Positions 49,850 through 59,497 of a stretch of DNA of 64,000 bases are shown one piece after another; the stretch's first letter is position 1, and each line of letters starts with the position of its first letter. Source of the stretch: Spirochaetia bacterium (GTDB lineage: Bacteria; Spirochaetota; Spirochaetia; WTKD01; G963693115); assembly GCA_965226055.1 (NCBI GenBank), contig CBDDCA010000006.1:608001-672000 (forward strand). The letters run 5' to 3'. Both the position numbers and the translations under genes were made by a program. The notes below the pieces were generated by a model. It ran no database searches, had not been told where the DNA came from, and worked only from the letters and a program-made list of their open reading frames with translations.

Positions 49850-52271
49850 TATTCACTAATTTATTAGGAACAACAATAATTTTTTTAGGATTTTTGTTCT
49901 TTAATATCGCTTGAATAGCATCAATTGATAAAGCAATAGTTTGTAATTGCTCTTTTACTGTGTCTGCTTTTACTTTTGTTTTAGCACGAGTTTTACCGTT
50001 TACCTGTACTACCAACTCTATCTCTGCTTCCTTTGTGAGATTCTCCTGATATTGAGGCCATGGCTCATATGCAAGTGTTTTCTGATACCCTAATTCTTCC
50101 CAAAATTCTTCTGCTAAATGAGGGGCGTACGGAGCAAGCAAAAGAACAAAGGGCTGCCATATTTCCTTATATCGAACACTGTGGATATTCATCTCATTAC
50201 TGAGTATCATCATTTGAGAAATAGCAGTATTAAACAAAAAATTGCTGGTATCCTCACTCACCTTTTTAATTGATTGATGCAATGTCTTGATAAGTTCTGT
50301 AGGAGGAGCATCGGTACTGAGAGGTTTATCAGCAATACCACATAGCTTAAGTAAAAAACGATGTATGCCTTTGAGTCCATTAGTTGACCAAGGTTTTTCT
50401 TGTCGTAAAGGACCCATAAACATTTCATATAATCGCAAACTATCAGCACCATAGGTATCCACAATATCATCAGGGTTGATAACATTGCCTAAAGATTTTG
50501 ACATTTTATTTCCATCTTCTCCTAAAATCATTCCTTGATTTACGAGCTTATGAAAAGGCTCTTTTGTATTAACTGCCCCTATATCATACAGCACTTTATG
50601 CCAAAATCGTGCATACAATAAGTGAAGAACAGCATGTTCTGCTCCTCCTATGTATAAATCCACAGGCAACCAGTACTCTATATTTTTTTTCGAAGCAAAT
50701 TCAGTTACATTACTCGGATCAGTAAACCGTAAATAATACCAACACGATCCTGCCCATTGTGGCATAGTATGAGTCTCACGTTGCACTGTTTTACCATTCT
50801 CTAAGGTTACTGTACACCATTCTTTTATTGCTGCAAGAGGGGACTCTCCTGTACCCATCGGAGAATAACTTTCTACTTGTGGAAGGGTAAGGGGCAACTC
50901 TTCTTCAGCAAGAGGAATAATTTCATCAATATGCGTCTTAAGAACAGGAATAGGTTCTCCCCAATATCGTTGTCGACTAAAAATCCAGTCACGTAACTTA
51001 TACTGAGTTTTCGCAGCCCCTAACGATTCCTGTTCTAACCAAGCTATAACTTTTGCCTTTGCTTCTTGTGTAGAAACACCATTGAAAGGATCACTGTTTA
51101 TAAGAAAGCCATCTCCGATATATGCTTCTTCTAAACTGTCATTTGAAATACCCCGCTGTTTAGAAACTACTTGTATAATAGGAATATTAAACTTTTTTGC
51201 AAAATCCCAGTCTCTCTCATCATGTGCAGGAACAGCCATAATTGCCCCTGTTCCATATCCCATCAATACATAATCCGAAATCCAAATAGGAATCTGTTTT
51301 TTTGTAACTGGATTAAGTGCGTACGCACCAGAAAAAACTCCTGTTTTCTCTTTGTTAAGTTCAGAACGCTCAAAATCTGATTTTTGAGAAGACTGTACTC
51401 TATACTGCTGTACTTCTCTCATATGAGATTGAGGAACAATGCTATCAAGTATAGGATGCTCAGGAGAAACTACCATATATGTAGCTCCCCACAAAGTATC
51501 AGGTCGTGTCGAAAATATCACAAGGGATGAATCAAAGCTAACAATAGAAAATGAAATTTCTGCACCTACACTTTTCCCTATCCAATTTTTCTGCATTATT
51601 TTTATTGATTCAGGCCAATCAAGTAACTCTAAATCATCTAGTAATCTATCAGCGTACTGAGTAATTTTTAGCATCCATTGCATTAAATGACGTCTTTCTA
51701 CAGGATGGTTTCCTCTTTCACTCCTTGGACCGTCATCGGTATTTAACACTTCTTCATTTGCTAGCACCGTACCTAATGCAGGGCAGAACCATACAGGCAT
51801 TTTTTTCTGATATGCCAATCCTTTTTTATACAGCTGCAAAAATATCCACTGTGTCCAACGGTAATATTCTGGAGAATGTGTTGATACTTCTCTACTCCAA
51901 TCATACGAAAATCCTAGCCGTTTTATCTGTTTCCGAAACCGTTCTATGTTTTTTTCAGTTGTTATCTGAGGATGCGTTTTTGTTTTTATTGCATAATTTT
52001 CCGCAGGTAATCCAAAGCTATCAAACCCCATTGGATGCAGTATATGATACCCGTTCATACGTAAAAATCGAGCATAAATATCAGAAGCAGTATATCCTTC
52101 AGGATGTCCTACATGAAGCCCTGCTGCAGAAGGATACGGAAACATATCCAATATATATTTTCTTTTCTCTTTTGGAATAGAAGTATCTTCACATACTTCA
52201 AATGTTTTATTCTTTTCCCAGTAGCGTTGCCACTTTTCTTCTATATACGAAAAATTATAGCTTTTTCTCAT
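49839..52271 (-). CDS. leuS: Leucine--tRNA ligase
   Basis: [26 protein letters not shown] and KMSKS motifs. Confidence 0.98.
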   Translation of the reverse strand: MRKSYNFSYIEEKWQRYWEKNKTFEVCEDTSIPKEKRKYILDMFPYPSAAGLHVGHPEGYTASDIYARFLRMNGYHILHPMGFDSFGLPAENYAIKTKTHPQITTEKNIERFRKQIKRLGFSYDWSREVSTHSPEYYRWTQWIFLQLYKKGLAYQKKMPVWFCPALGTVLANEEVLNTDDGPRSERGNHPVERRHLMQWMLKITQYADRLLDDLELLDWPESIKIMQKNWIGKSVGAEISFSIVSFDSSLVIFSTRPDTLWGATYMVVSPEHPILDSIVPQSHMREVQQYRVQSSQKSDFERSELNKEKTGVFSGAYALNPVTKKQIPIWISDYVLMGYGTGAIMAVPAHDERDWDFAKKFNIPIIQVVSKQRGISNDSLEEAYIGDGFLINSDPFNGVSTQEAKAKVIAWLEQESLGAAKTQYKLRDWIFSRQRYWGEPIPVLKTHIDEIIPLAEEELPLTLPQVESYSPMGTGESPLAAIKEWCTVTLENGKTVQRETHTMPQWAGSCWYYLRFTDPSNVTEFASKKNIEYWLPVDLYIGGAEHAVLHLLYARFWHKVLYDIGAVNTKEPFHKLVNQGMILGEDGNKMSKSLGNVINPDDIVDTYGADSLRLYEMFMGPLRQEKPWSTNGLKGIHRFLLKLCGIADKPLSTDAPPTELIKTLHQSIKKVSEDTSNFLFNTAISQMMILSNEMNIHSVRYKEIWQPFVLLLAPYAPHLAEEFWEELGYQKTLAYEPWPQYQENLTKEAEIELVVQVNGKTRAKTKVKADTVKEQLQTIALSIDAIQAILKNKNPKKIIVVPNKLVNIVC

Positions 52272-52411
52272 ATTTTAATAATACACTGGTATAGTAGTAA
52301 TTACAAGAAGCCTCTGTGATAGAACTATATATAATGGTAACCTAAAAGGAAAAATTCTAAAATTTTACTTATGTTTATTTGACAAAATGTAAAACAATTT
52401 AAAATACTATT

Positions 52412-52533
52412 AAGGTGATACTCTACAATTTTACTTTCAAAAGATGTACTTATGCCTCCTGACTAATGTCTACCTACAGGTAAAAAAGTGTAGAGTACTA
52501 CAACAAATACATCTATTCTGTAGGTATTTTTTT
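52412..52533 (+). ncRNA. Candidate structured small RNA (unassigned)
   Basis: TTGACA at 52379; long imperfect stem 52419-52434/52480-52497; 9-bp complement 52471-52479/52518-52526; T-tract after 52527. Confidence 0.35.
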
Positions 52534-52552
52534 ATTTTTTCTTGCTCTTTTT

Positions 52553-53461
52553 TTACTCCTTTGTCGCATTTATTCCTTGATCCTGTGTCTTTTTTGTTAC
52601 TTGAGCTGGTGATTTAATTTCAAAAATTCTATTAATAGCATAATCTAATTCATATATATATATATTTCCTTTACCTTTTATATTTATTTCTTTTCTTGTA
52701 AAAGAACAATCTATTTTAGATTTATTCTTATGAGTTATACTATGAAAAGCTGTTGTGTTAAAATAAGTTTTATATGCAGGAGCAGAGGAAAGACGACAAG
52801 AATAATTAACACTCTCACCTATAACAAATAACTGTTTGTTAATTACTTTAAAGAATATTTCTCCATAATCAATTCCTACTCCTATCCCAGTATCTGCTAA
52901 TTCTAACTTAAAATATCTTCTATGTTGACTATACATCTCTCTAAACATATTATGTAACTCAATAGAACATTTCATACAATCTAAATGAGCATCTTCATTT
53001 ATCTCTTCTATAAAATGGCATAAAATACCATCTCCTGTAAATTTATCATAAACAGCATTATGTTTTTTTATTACTTTAGATAACTCTGTGATTAAATTGC
53101 TCAAAAAAAGAGGATAAAATTGTATGCTTTCACAAACAGACATTAAATCAGAGCTTTTTCTAATATCTAAACATAATGTGTAACATTTTAAAGTTTTTTC
53201 ATGAACTTTTACATAACCTTCAGGGTTTTTGACATAAAAAAGAGGGTAGATCGCATTTAAGTCTTTTAATTTTTCTAATATTACAGGATTTACAATATCT
53301 TTAAAAAATCCTTCTATTTGTCCTCTTGCTTTTGTTTCTTTTCCTTCATTATCATTTTCTAATGACTTTCTAATTTGTTCTTTTTCAACTTCTATTTGTT
53401 CTTTTGCTTTTGTTTCTTCTTCATTATCATTTTCTAATGACTTTTCATTTTCAGCTGTCAT
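52553..53461 (-). CDS. Standalone class III nucleotide (adenylate/guanylate-type) cyclase
   Basis: Metal-binding Asp in LDIRKSS, DKFTGDG, GIGVGIDYGE and transition-state N/R in GESVNYSCRL. Confidence 0.88.
   Translation of the reverse strand: MTAENEKSLENDNEEETKAKEQIEVEKEQIRKSLENDNEGKETKARGQIEGFFKDIVNPVILEKLKDLNAIYPLFYVKNPEGYVKVHEKTLKCYTLCLDIRKSSDLMSVCESIQFYPLFLSNLITELSKVIKKHNAVYDKFTGDGILCHFIEEINEDAHLDCMKCSIELHNMFREMYSQHRRYFKLELADTGIGVGIDYGEIFFKVINKQLFVIGESVNYSCRLSSAPAYKTYFNTTAFHSITHKNKSKIDCSFTRKEINIKGKGNIYIYELDYAINRIFEIKSPAQVTKKTQDQGINATKE
53311..53444. repeat. Imperfect direct repeat (about 57 bp x2) encoding KSLENDNE.(K)ETKA..QIE in the cyclase N-terminus
   Basis: 53311-53369 matches 53389-53444. 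Confidence 0.85.
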
Positions 53462-53469
53462 TGTTGAAA

Positions 53470-53982
53470 TTAATTTTTATTTACAATAGATTTATAATAA
53501 TCAAAAATGGTTTCTTTAGGTATTACTACACCAGGTAATCCAGTATAATATTTATCCCAAGGGGACCCTTCTAAGTGAGTAAGATTTATTAATTGTGTAG
53601 CAGTCCAATCTGAGTATACTTCACAAACTACTTCTATTAAAGATTGTATTTCTTCTTCCACAAATCCTTTATTATCCAGTTGGTATGATTTTTTTGTATT
53701 TCGTGCGTATTGATTAATACTTTTACGAAGTGGATAATATATTTTCGGTACAACAGGACCTAAAGTCCATGCTTGTATTTCTTCTGCAAATAGATATTGA
53801 TTTTTTACAACACTGATAGATCCAAAACAAATATAAATTAGTTTTAATGTTTTTAATAAATCACTATCTTTTTTCTTATCTATAAAATATTTAACAATTG
53901 TATTACTCACAGCAAATGCATTAGTAATTGGTTTTTCAATTACCAATGCATTTTTTGTATTATGTGTGTCACCCATAAACAC
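53470..53982 (-). CDS. Panacea domain (DUF4065 / SocA / GepA-like) antitoxin; likely start is the ATG at 53976
   Basis: LKTLKLIY, LFAEEIQAWTLGPVVP.IY and QLINLTH.EGSPW motifs; RBS AAGGA 8 nt before ATG 53976. Confidence 0.9.
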   Translation of the reverse strand: MFMGDTHNTKNALVIEKPITNAFAVSNTIVKYFIDKKKDSDLLKTLKLIYICFGSISVVKNQYLFAEEIQAWTLGPVVPKIYYPLRKSINQYARNTKKSYQLDNKGFVEEEIQSLIEVVCEVYSDWTATQLINLTHLEGSPWDKYYTGLPGVVIPKETIFDYYKSIVNKN

Positions 53983-54061
53983 AATCCTTCATAATGATGT
54001 ACCTAAAGAATAAATATATGCAAAAGACATAAATATTCATTGAGGCCACCCTCTATCAGAG

Positions 54062-54090
54062 ATTTTACCATTATTTTGATATTATGTCAA
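54062..54090 (-). promoter_or_regulatory. Near-consensus sigma70 promoter of the Panacea-cyclase operon
   Basis: TTGACA-17 nt-TAAAAT with an extended TG. Confidence 0.8.
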
Positions 54091-54368
54091 TATTTATTGC
54101 ATTATTTAAAATAAATGTAAAGTATTGTATACAATTATTTTAAATTCTCTATCTTTTCTAGCTATTTTAATTTAATTATATCTATATTTAGTATCGATTT
54201 TAATGGGATCTATCTTTAATATTTTTTAGTATCTCGCTATATTTCTTTAATTGTTTCTTTGAATAAATTTTAAAAAATTTTATTTTAAAAACTCAAGAAC
54301 CAAGTGCATCATGAAAGGCTTTCAAAAATAGGACTCACATAAGGGCTATATTGCTATACTACTATTAG

Positions 54369-55514
54369 ATGAGTAAACAAGACAAAAAATCAGCGTCTAC
54401 CCCCCCCCCCCCCCCCCCCATACGTTTCAAGCAGGATGATGGCTCTGATTTTCCTGATTGGCAAGAGAGGAGGCTGGGGGAGCTTTGTTGTATTAAGACT
54501 GGAAAACTTGATGCAAACGCTATGGTAAAAAATGGAAAATATCGTTTCTATACTTGTGCAAAAGATTTTTTCCAAATTGATACATATGAATTTGATACTG
54601 ATGCGTTAATTATTTCAGGAAATGGAGCAAATGTTGGGTATATTCATCACTTCAATGGAAAATTTAATGCTTACCAAAGAACTTATGTTTTAGATGGTTT
54701 TACTGATTCTATTTATTACATCAGACATTTCTTAGATAAATATTTATATAAAATAATCTACAAAGAAAAGAGAGAGGGGGTAACTCCATATATTGTTATG
54801 TCAACCTTAACAAGAATGAAAATAAAACTCCCTTCCTTGCCTGAACAACAAAAGATAGCATCTTTTCTGCAGAGTGTAGACACAAAGATACAGCTCCTTG
54901 AAAGAAAAGTAGTGCTGTTGCAGTCATACAAAAAAGGCGTCATGCAAAAACTCTTTTCACAGGAGCTACGCTTTAAGGACGAGCAAGGAAACGAGTACCC
55001 CGATTGGGAAGAGAAGCGATTGGGAGAGATTTTAGAATATGAACAACCTACAAAATATATTGTTGATTCTTCAAAATATAGCGATAATTATAGTATACCT
55101 GTTTTGACAGCTGGCAAAACTTTTATACTAGGATATACTAACGAAACTTATGGGGTGTTTACAAATCATCCAGTTATTATTTTTGATGATTTTACTACTG
55201 TGAGTAAGTTTGTAGATTTTGATTTTAAGGTTAAGTCATCTGCCATGAAAATATTGAAATTAAGAAAGAATGTACAAGCTAATATAAAGTTAATATATGA
55301 ATGTATGCAAAAAATAAATTTCTCATTAAAAGGGCATAAAAGATATTGGATTTCAGAATATCAACATATAACTATTTCTTTTCCTTCCTTCCTCGAACAA
55401 CAAAAGATAGCCTCTTTTCTGCAGAGCCTAGACACAAAAATATCGCTTACACAGAAACAAGTAGTCCTTACAAAGCTGTATAAGAAAGGCTTACTACAAA
55501 GGATGTTTGTGTAA
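54369..55514 (+). CDS. hsdS: Type I restriction-modification specificity subunit (orphan, two TRDs)
   Basis: Two conserved repeats PS..EQQKIASFLQS.DTKI; K.G.MQKLF; RFK...(F/Y)PDW. Confidence 0.95.
   Translation: MSKQDKKSASTPPPPPPIRFKQDDGSDFPDWQERRLGELCCIKTGKLDANAMVKNGKYRFYTCAKDFFQIDTYEFDTDALIISGNGANVGYIHHFNGKFNAYQRTYVLDGFTDSIYYIRHFLDKYLYKIIYKEKREGVTPYIVMSTLTRMKIKLPSLPEQQKIASFLQSVDTKIQLLERKVVLLQSYKKGVMQKLFSQELRFKDEQGNEYPDWEEKRLGEILEYEQPTKYIVDSSKYSDNYSIPVLTAGKTFILGYTNETYGVFTNHPVIIFDDFTTVSKFVDFDFKVKSSAMKILKLRKNVQANIKLIYECMQKINFSLKGHKRYWISEYQHITISFPSFLEQQKIASFLQSLDTKISLTQKQVVLTKLYKKGLLQRMFV
54400..54419 (+). repeat. C20 homopolymer inside the hsdS 5' end (in frame, encodes poly-Pro)
   Basis: Counted directly. 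Confidence 0.9.
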
Positions 55515-55520
55515 AAAGTA

Positions 55521-56282
55521 TTGGCACAGACAATCAATCAAAAAAATATTTTTCCTTGTATTATTGATATGAACGCACTCAACAAAAAGTACTCAACAGT
55601 ATATAAACACTCACCCTCAACACCATTACCTCGTGAAAAGCTATTAGAGGGGAGTGTGCAATCACTTTCAGATACAGAATTACTTGCTTTATTATTAGGA
55701 AGTGGCACAAAAAACTATTCTATTTTTTCTATTGCAAAACAACTTTTAGAAAAACTAGACTCTTATAGAGCATCCGATATCAGCATAAAACATTTATTGC
55801 GTATCAATGGCTTAGGAAAAGCAAAAGCAATGGCAGTACTCGCAGCCTTAGAAATAGGAAGAAGAAGATTTATTCCTAGAAAATGGAGAGTAAAATGTCC
55901 TTTAGAAATCTTGCCTTTACTTTCACATTACTCTGACAGAGATCAAGAACATTTTATTGTTATCACCCTAAATGGAGCAAACGAAGTACTGTCAAAGCAT
56001 GTAGTATCTGTTGGCTTACTCAACAAAACATTGGTACATCCTAGAGAAGTGTTTACATTTGCAGTACAAGATCATGCCGTATCGGTAATACTAGCACACA
56101 ATCATCCAAGTGGAAATGTAGAACCAAGCATTGAAGATATTGAAGTTACTCAAACCCTTGTAAAAGCAGGAAACATTCTCAATATTACAGTGCTTGATCA
56201 TATTATTTTTTACATAACCAATTATTACAGTTTCTATGGCGAAGGAAAATTGGAAGAAATAGAAAACAATGCGAATCTTTAG
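55521..56282 (+). CDS. radC: RadC/UPF0758 JAB-domain protein (true start may be the ATG at 55569)
   Basis: PREKL, LSDTELLALLLGSG, VHPREVF, HNHPSG...PS.ED and LDHII motifs. Confidence 0.95.
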   Translation: MAQTINQKNIFPCIIDMNALNKKYSTVYKHSPSTPLPREKLLEGSVQSLSDTELLALLLGSGTKNYSIFSIAKQLLEKLDSYRASDISIKHLLRINGLGKAKAMAVLAALEIGRRRFIPRKWRVKCPLEILPLLSHYSDRDQEHFIVITLNGANEVLSKHVVSVGLLNKTLVHPREVFTFAVQDHAVSVILAHNHPSGNVEPSIEDIEVTQTLVKAGNILNITVLDHIIFYITNYYSFYGEGKLEEIENNANL

Positions 56283-56395
56283 AAATTATTCCTTGTATAA
56301 AAAACAGTATAAAAATAACACCTTGTATCTATGAAAATAGTACAATATTTTTATCTATCAAACATAGTAAAAGTACAGTATAATAACACATAGAT

Positions 56396-57985
56396 ATGAA
56401 AATATTAATTGCAGACGCTATGAGCAACAAAGCCGAAGATATTTTTTCTTCATTTTCTTCATCCTCACATCCGTTACAAGTACTACGAAAAGAAGGACTT
56501 TCAGAATCAGAGCTTATACAAGAAATCGTACACTATGACGCCCTTGTGGTACGCTCATCAACAAAAGTAACAAAAGCAATCATAGAAGCAGGTTCCAAGC
56601 TAAAAGTAATAGGAAGAGCAGGAATAGGGATAGATAACATTGATGTAAAAGCAGCGACTTCACAAGGAGTAGTGGTTATGAACGCTCCATTTGGCAATTC
56701 TATCACTACCGCAGAACATGCACTTTCATTATTATTAAGTACTGCCCGCCATATTCCGTATGCAAATACTACTACCCATAAAGGCCATTGGGAAAAAAAT
56801 ACCATAAAAGGAGTGGAAATACAAGGAAAAACGCTTGGAATAATTGGGTGCGGAAACATTGGAAAAATTGTTGCAAAAAAAGCTATAGGCTTTGGTATGA
56901 AAGTCATAGCATATGATCCATTTCTTGCTGAAGAAAATGCCCAAAGGCTTGATATACAACTATTAGATTTTGAAACTGTTATGTCACATGCAGACTTCAT
57001 AACATGTCATTTACCCCTTAATGAAAAAACAAGACACATTATAAACAACGAAAGCCTTGCTTTGACAAAAAAAGGAGTGCGTATCATTAACTGTTCGCGC
57101 GGTGGCATTGTAGATGAAAAGGCACTTCTCTCACACTTACAAAACAATCATGTTGCAGGGGCAGCACTTGATGTATTTGAGCAAGAACCACTCCCAAAAG
57201 ACAGCCCTCTGTTTCACACAAAAAATCTTATCTTAACTCCTCATTTAGGAGGATCCACTGTCGAAGCACAGGAAAAAGTAGTAGAAGAAATAGCAAAACA
57301 AATAAGCAATTATTTAATCAATGGTGCTATCAAAAATGCAGTGAATACCATATCTCTTTCTGCTCAACAAAACAAAGAAATTGCTCCGTATCAACAACTA
57401 GCAAAACACTTATCTGCTTTTTTAGGACAGATTATTACTCAAGGTATTTCAAAAATCATTATTGAATATTATGGAGACATTCTTCGTTTACCAACAAGTA
57501 TACTATCACAAACAATTATATACGGTATTGTATCTCCTAATATTTCTGAAATACATGCCATGAATGCAATTACAAAAGCACAAGAGCGTGGTATACATAT
57601 AGAAAGTCATAATATAGAAGAATCACAAGAATATCACTCTCTTATCAATATTCGTGTATATACAGAATCGTCCTGTTATTCAATAGCAGGCACCTTATTT
57701 ACTGTGCTTCCACGTATTGTAAAAGTAAGAGATATTGCTATAGAAGCTCATTTAGGAAAGCATAATCTCTATGTTATCAATAAAGATGCCCCTGGATTTA
57801 TCACTACTATTACTCAAATTTTAGCAAAAAATAACATTAACATTGCATCGTTCCATTTAGGAAGAAAAAATAAAGGAGAAGAAGCCGCCTCTATCATTGT
57901 ATGCGATGAAGAAATTAGCTCAGAGCTATTAGAAGAAATACAACAGCTTCCTTTAGTATCCTTTTGTCGTTGCATTTACCTGTAA
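56396..57985 (+). CDS. serA: D-3-phosphoglycerate dehydrogenase (long form with ASB and ACT domains)
   Basis: GRAGIGIDNID, NSITTAEH, GCGNIG, NCSRGG and TPHLGGSTVEAQ motifs. Confidence 0.96.
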   Translation: MKILIADAMSNKAEDIFSSFSSSSHPLQVLRKEGLSESELIQEIVHYDALVVRSSTKVTKAIIEAGSKLKVIGRAGIGIDNIDVKAATSQGVVVMNAPFGNSITTAEHALSLLLSTARHIPYANTTTHKGHWEKNTIKGVEIQGKTLGIIGCGNIGKIVAKKAIGFGMKVIAYDPFLAEENAQRLDIQLLDFETVMSHADFITCHLPLNEKTRHIINNESLALTKKGVRIINCSRGGIVDEKALLSHLQNNHVAGAALDVFEQEPLPKDSPLFHTKNLILTPHLGGSTVEAQEKVVEEIAKQISNYLINGAIKNAVNTISLSAQQNKEIAPYQQLAKHLSAFLGQIITQGISKIIIEYYGDILRLPTSILSQTIIYGIVSPNISEIHAMNAITKAQERGIHIESHNIEESQEYHSLINIRVYTESSCYSIAGTLFTVLPRIVKVRDIAIEAHLGKHNLYVINKDAPGFITTITQILAKNNINIASFHLGRKNKGEEAASIIVCDEEISSELLEEIQQLPLVSFCRCIYL

Positions 57986-58005
57986 GATATATTACAATAA
58001 CAAAA

Positions 58006-58398
58006 CTAACGCTTTACATTGAAAGAAACTTCTTTTATTAAAAACTCCCCATCAGGTATATCAAAAGATTCTAAGCCAATACTTTTTCCCAGAGCAAGCC
58101 AATCTATTGTCTGTAACAATGTATTACATATGCTTTTAATTGTTTGTGTTTTCATTGATAGTACAAAAAGGTATTGTGGATCAACAACATCTATAAAAAG
58201 CACGGTATTCTTAACATTAGAAATTTCAATAGTATTACTTTTTTGATATATTTCATTTTCAATTATATGCTGTACTATCGTATGCCAATTTTTAAGTAAA
58301 GCAGTAAACAGAAGAAGATCATATATGTTTATACTATGCTTTACTGGTTTTATAAGATTTTTATAAAAAGATTGTAACAATGTGTCTTTGGTATTCAT
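58006..58398 (-). CDS. DciA / DUF721 family protein
   Basis: Position after recF; W..IV......VLFIDV.DP....L pattern. Confidence 0.6.
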   Translation of the reverse strand: MNTKDTLLQSFYKNLIKPVKHSINIYDLLLFTALLKNWHTIVQHIIENEIYQKSNTIEISNVKNTVLFIDVVDPQYLFVLSMKTQTIKSICNTLLQTIDWLALGKSIGLESFDIPDGEFLIKEVSFNVKR

Positions 58399-58399
58399 A

Positions 58400-59488
58400 C
58401 TATTTTTCTTTTACTGTACCATTTTTGATAAAAAAAGTACGCGAATCAGTAGAAATAACATTTGGTATTGTCTCATTTGGAAGAAAAGTAAAAAAAGCCT
58501 GATTTGTTTTAGGAAGCTCATCAAGAAACCGTAGTTGCTTTTTGCTATCAATTTCAAGAAGAACATCATCAAAAAGATATGTAGGTAACTTGTTTTTGTA
58601 CTGCACATAATATTCTGATTGAGCAATACGAAGAAGCAAACTGAGCAATCGTGTTTGGCCAGTAGAAGCAGTTTGTTTTAGAGGATAGCTATCTAAAAAA
58701 GATACAATTTTATCTCTATGAGGTCCAGAAAGACAGTATTTCGCTTTTATTTCCATATTCATATGATTGTTGATATATGTAAGCGTTTCTTGTTTATTTT
58801 CTGTTTTCCAAGTAGAAACATACTCCGTAGTAACATTTAGTTCTTCTCCTGATATTTTTTTGAATAATGGAACAATACGTTCGCTAATAAACTGAACAAA
58901 CTTTTTTCGATATTGTATAATAGTAGTTCCTACATCAGAAAGCACTGTATTATACGCATATAATACATTTCTATCTATATGAATTTGCTTTAATGCCATA
59001 TTCTTTTGCCGTAAACATCGGTTATACACTTTCAATAGCTCTAAATAAGAAAAAAAACACAACGATAATGTTTGATCAAGAAATTGACGTTGAATGTCAG
59101 TACTTCCAGTAAGAAGAGAAAAATCACCGTGCTTAAATATAATGCAAGGATAATTATCTATAATCTCTTGCCTGCTTTTTACTAAAGAATTATTATAATA
59201 TATTTTTTTCTTTGAATCAGTGTATTCTAGTGAAATAGTATAATCAATACCATGAGAATTTATAAAGGACCCTTTTAATGAATATGCTTTTTCTTTGTGC
59301 TTTATAAGATGATCATCCTTTTGTTTTCGAAACGAAGATCCGTAACTCAAACAATAGAGAGCCTCTAAAAAATTAGTCTTTCCATGTCCATTTTCTCCTA
59401 GCAAAAAAACAGTGCTTGCTTGTTGTATATTTACATCAACAAAGGAGAAGTTTCTAAAATTTATTAGTGTAATATTTTGTAACAACAC
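58400..59488 (-). CDS. recF: DNA replication and repair protein RecF
   Basis: NFRNF, GENGHGKTNFLEA, GPHRD, STGQ and FDDVLLEID motifs. Confidence 0.95.
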   Translation of the reverse strand: MLLQNITLINFRNFSFVDVNIQQASTVFLLGENGHGKTNFLEALYCLSYGSSFRKQKDDHLIKHKEKAYSLKGSFINSHGIDYTISLEYTDSKKKIYYNNSLVKSRQEIIDNYPCIIFKHGDFSLLTGSTDIQRQFLDQTLSLCFFSYLELLKVYNRCLRQKNMALKQIHIDRNVLYAYNTVLSDVGTTIIQYRKKFVQFISERIVPLFKKISGEELNVTTEYVSTWKTENKQETLTYINNHMNMEIKAKYCLSGPHRDKIVSFLDSYPLKQTASTGQTRLLSLLLRIAQSEYYVQYKNKLPTYLFDDVLLEIDSKKQLRFLDELPKTNQAFFTFLPNETIPNVISTDSRTFFIKNGTVKEK

Positions 59489-59497
59489 TCTCTATGC

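Noticed and set aside
52272-52552. T-box riboswitch upstream of leuS
   Set aside because: No TGGNACC T-box motif or specifier stem on the minus strand
52553-53461. Canonical Pycsar or CBASS system
   Set aside because: No adjacent cNMP-binding TIR or TM effector; the partner gene is a Panacea antitoxin and the enzyme is a class III cyclase, not a CD-NTase
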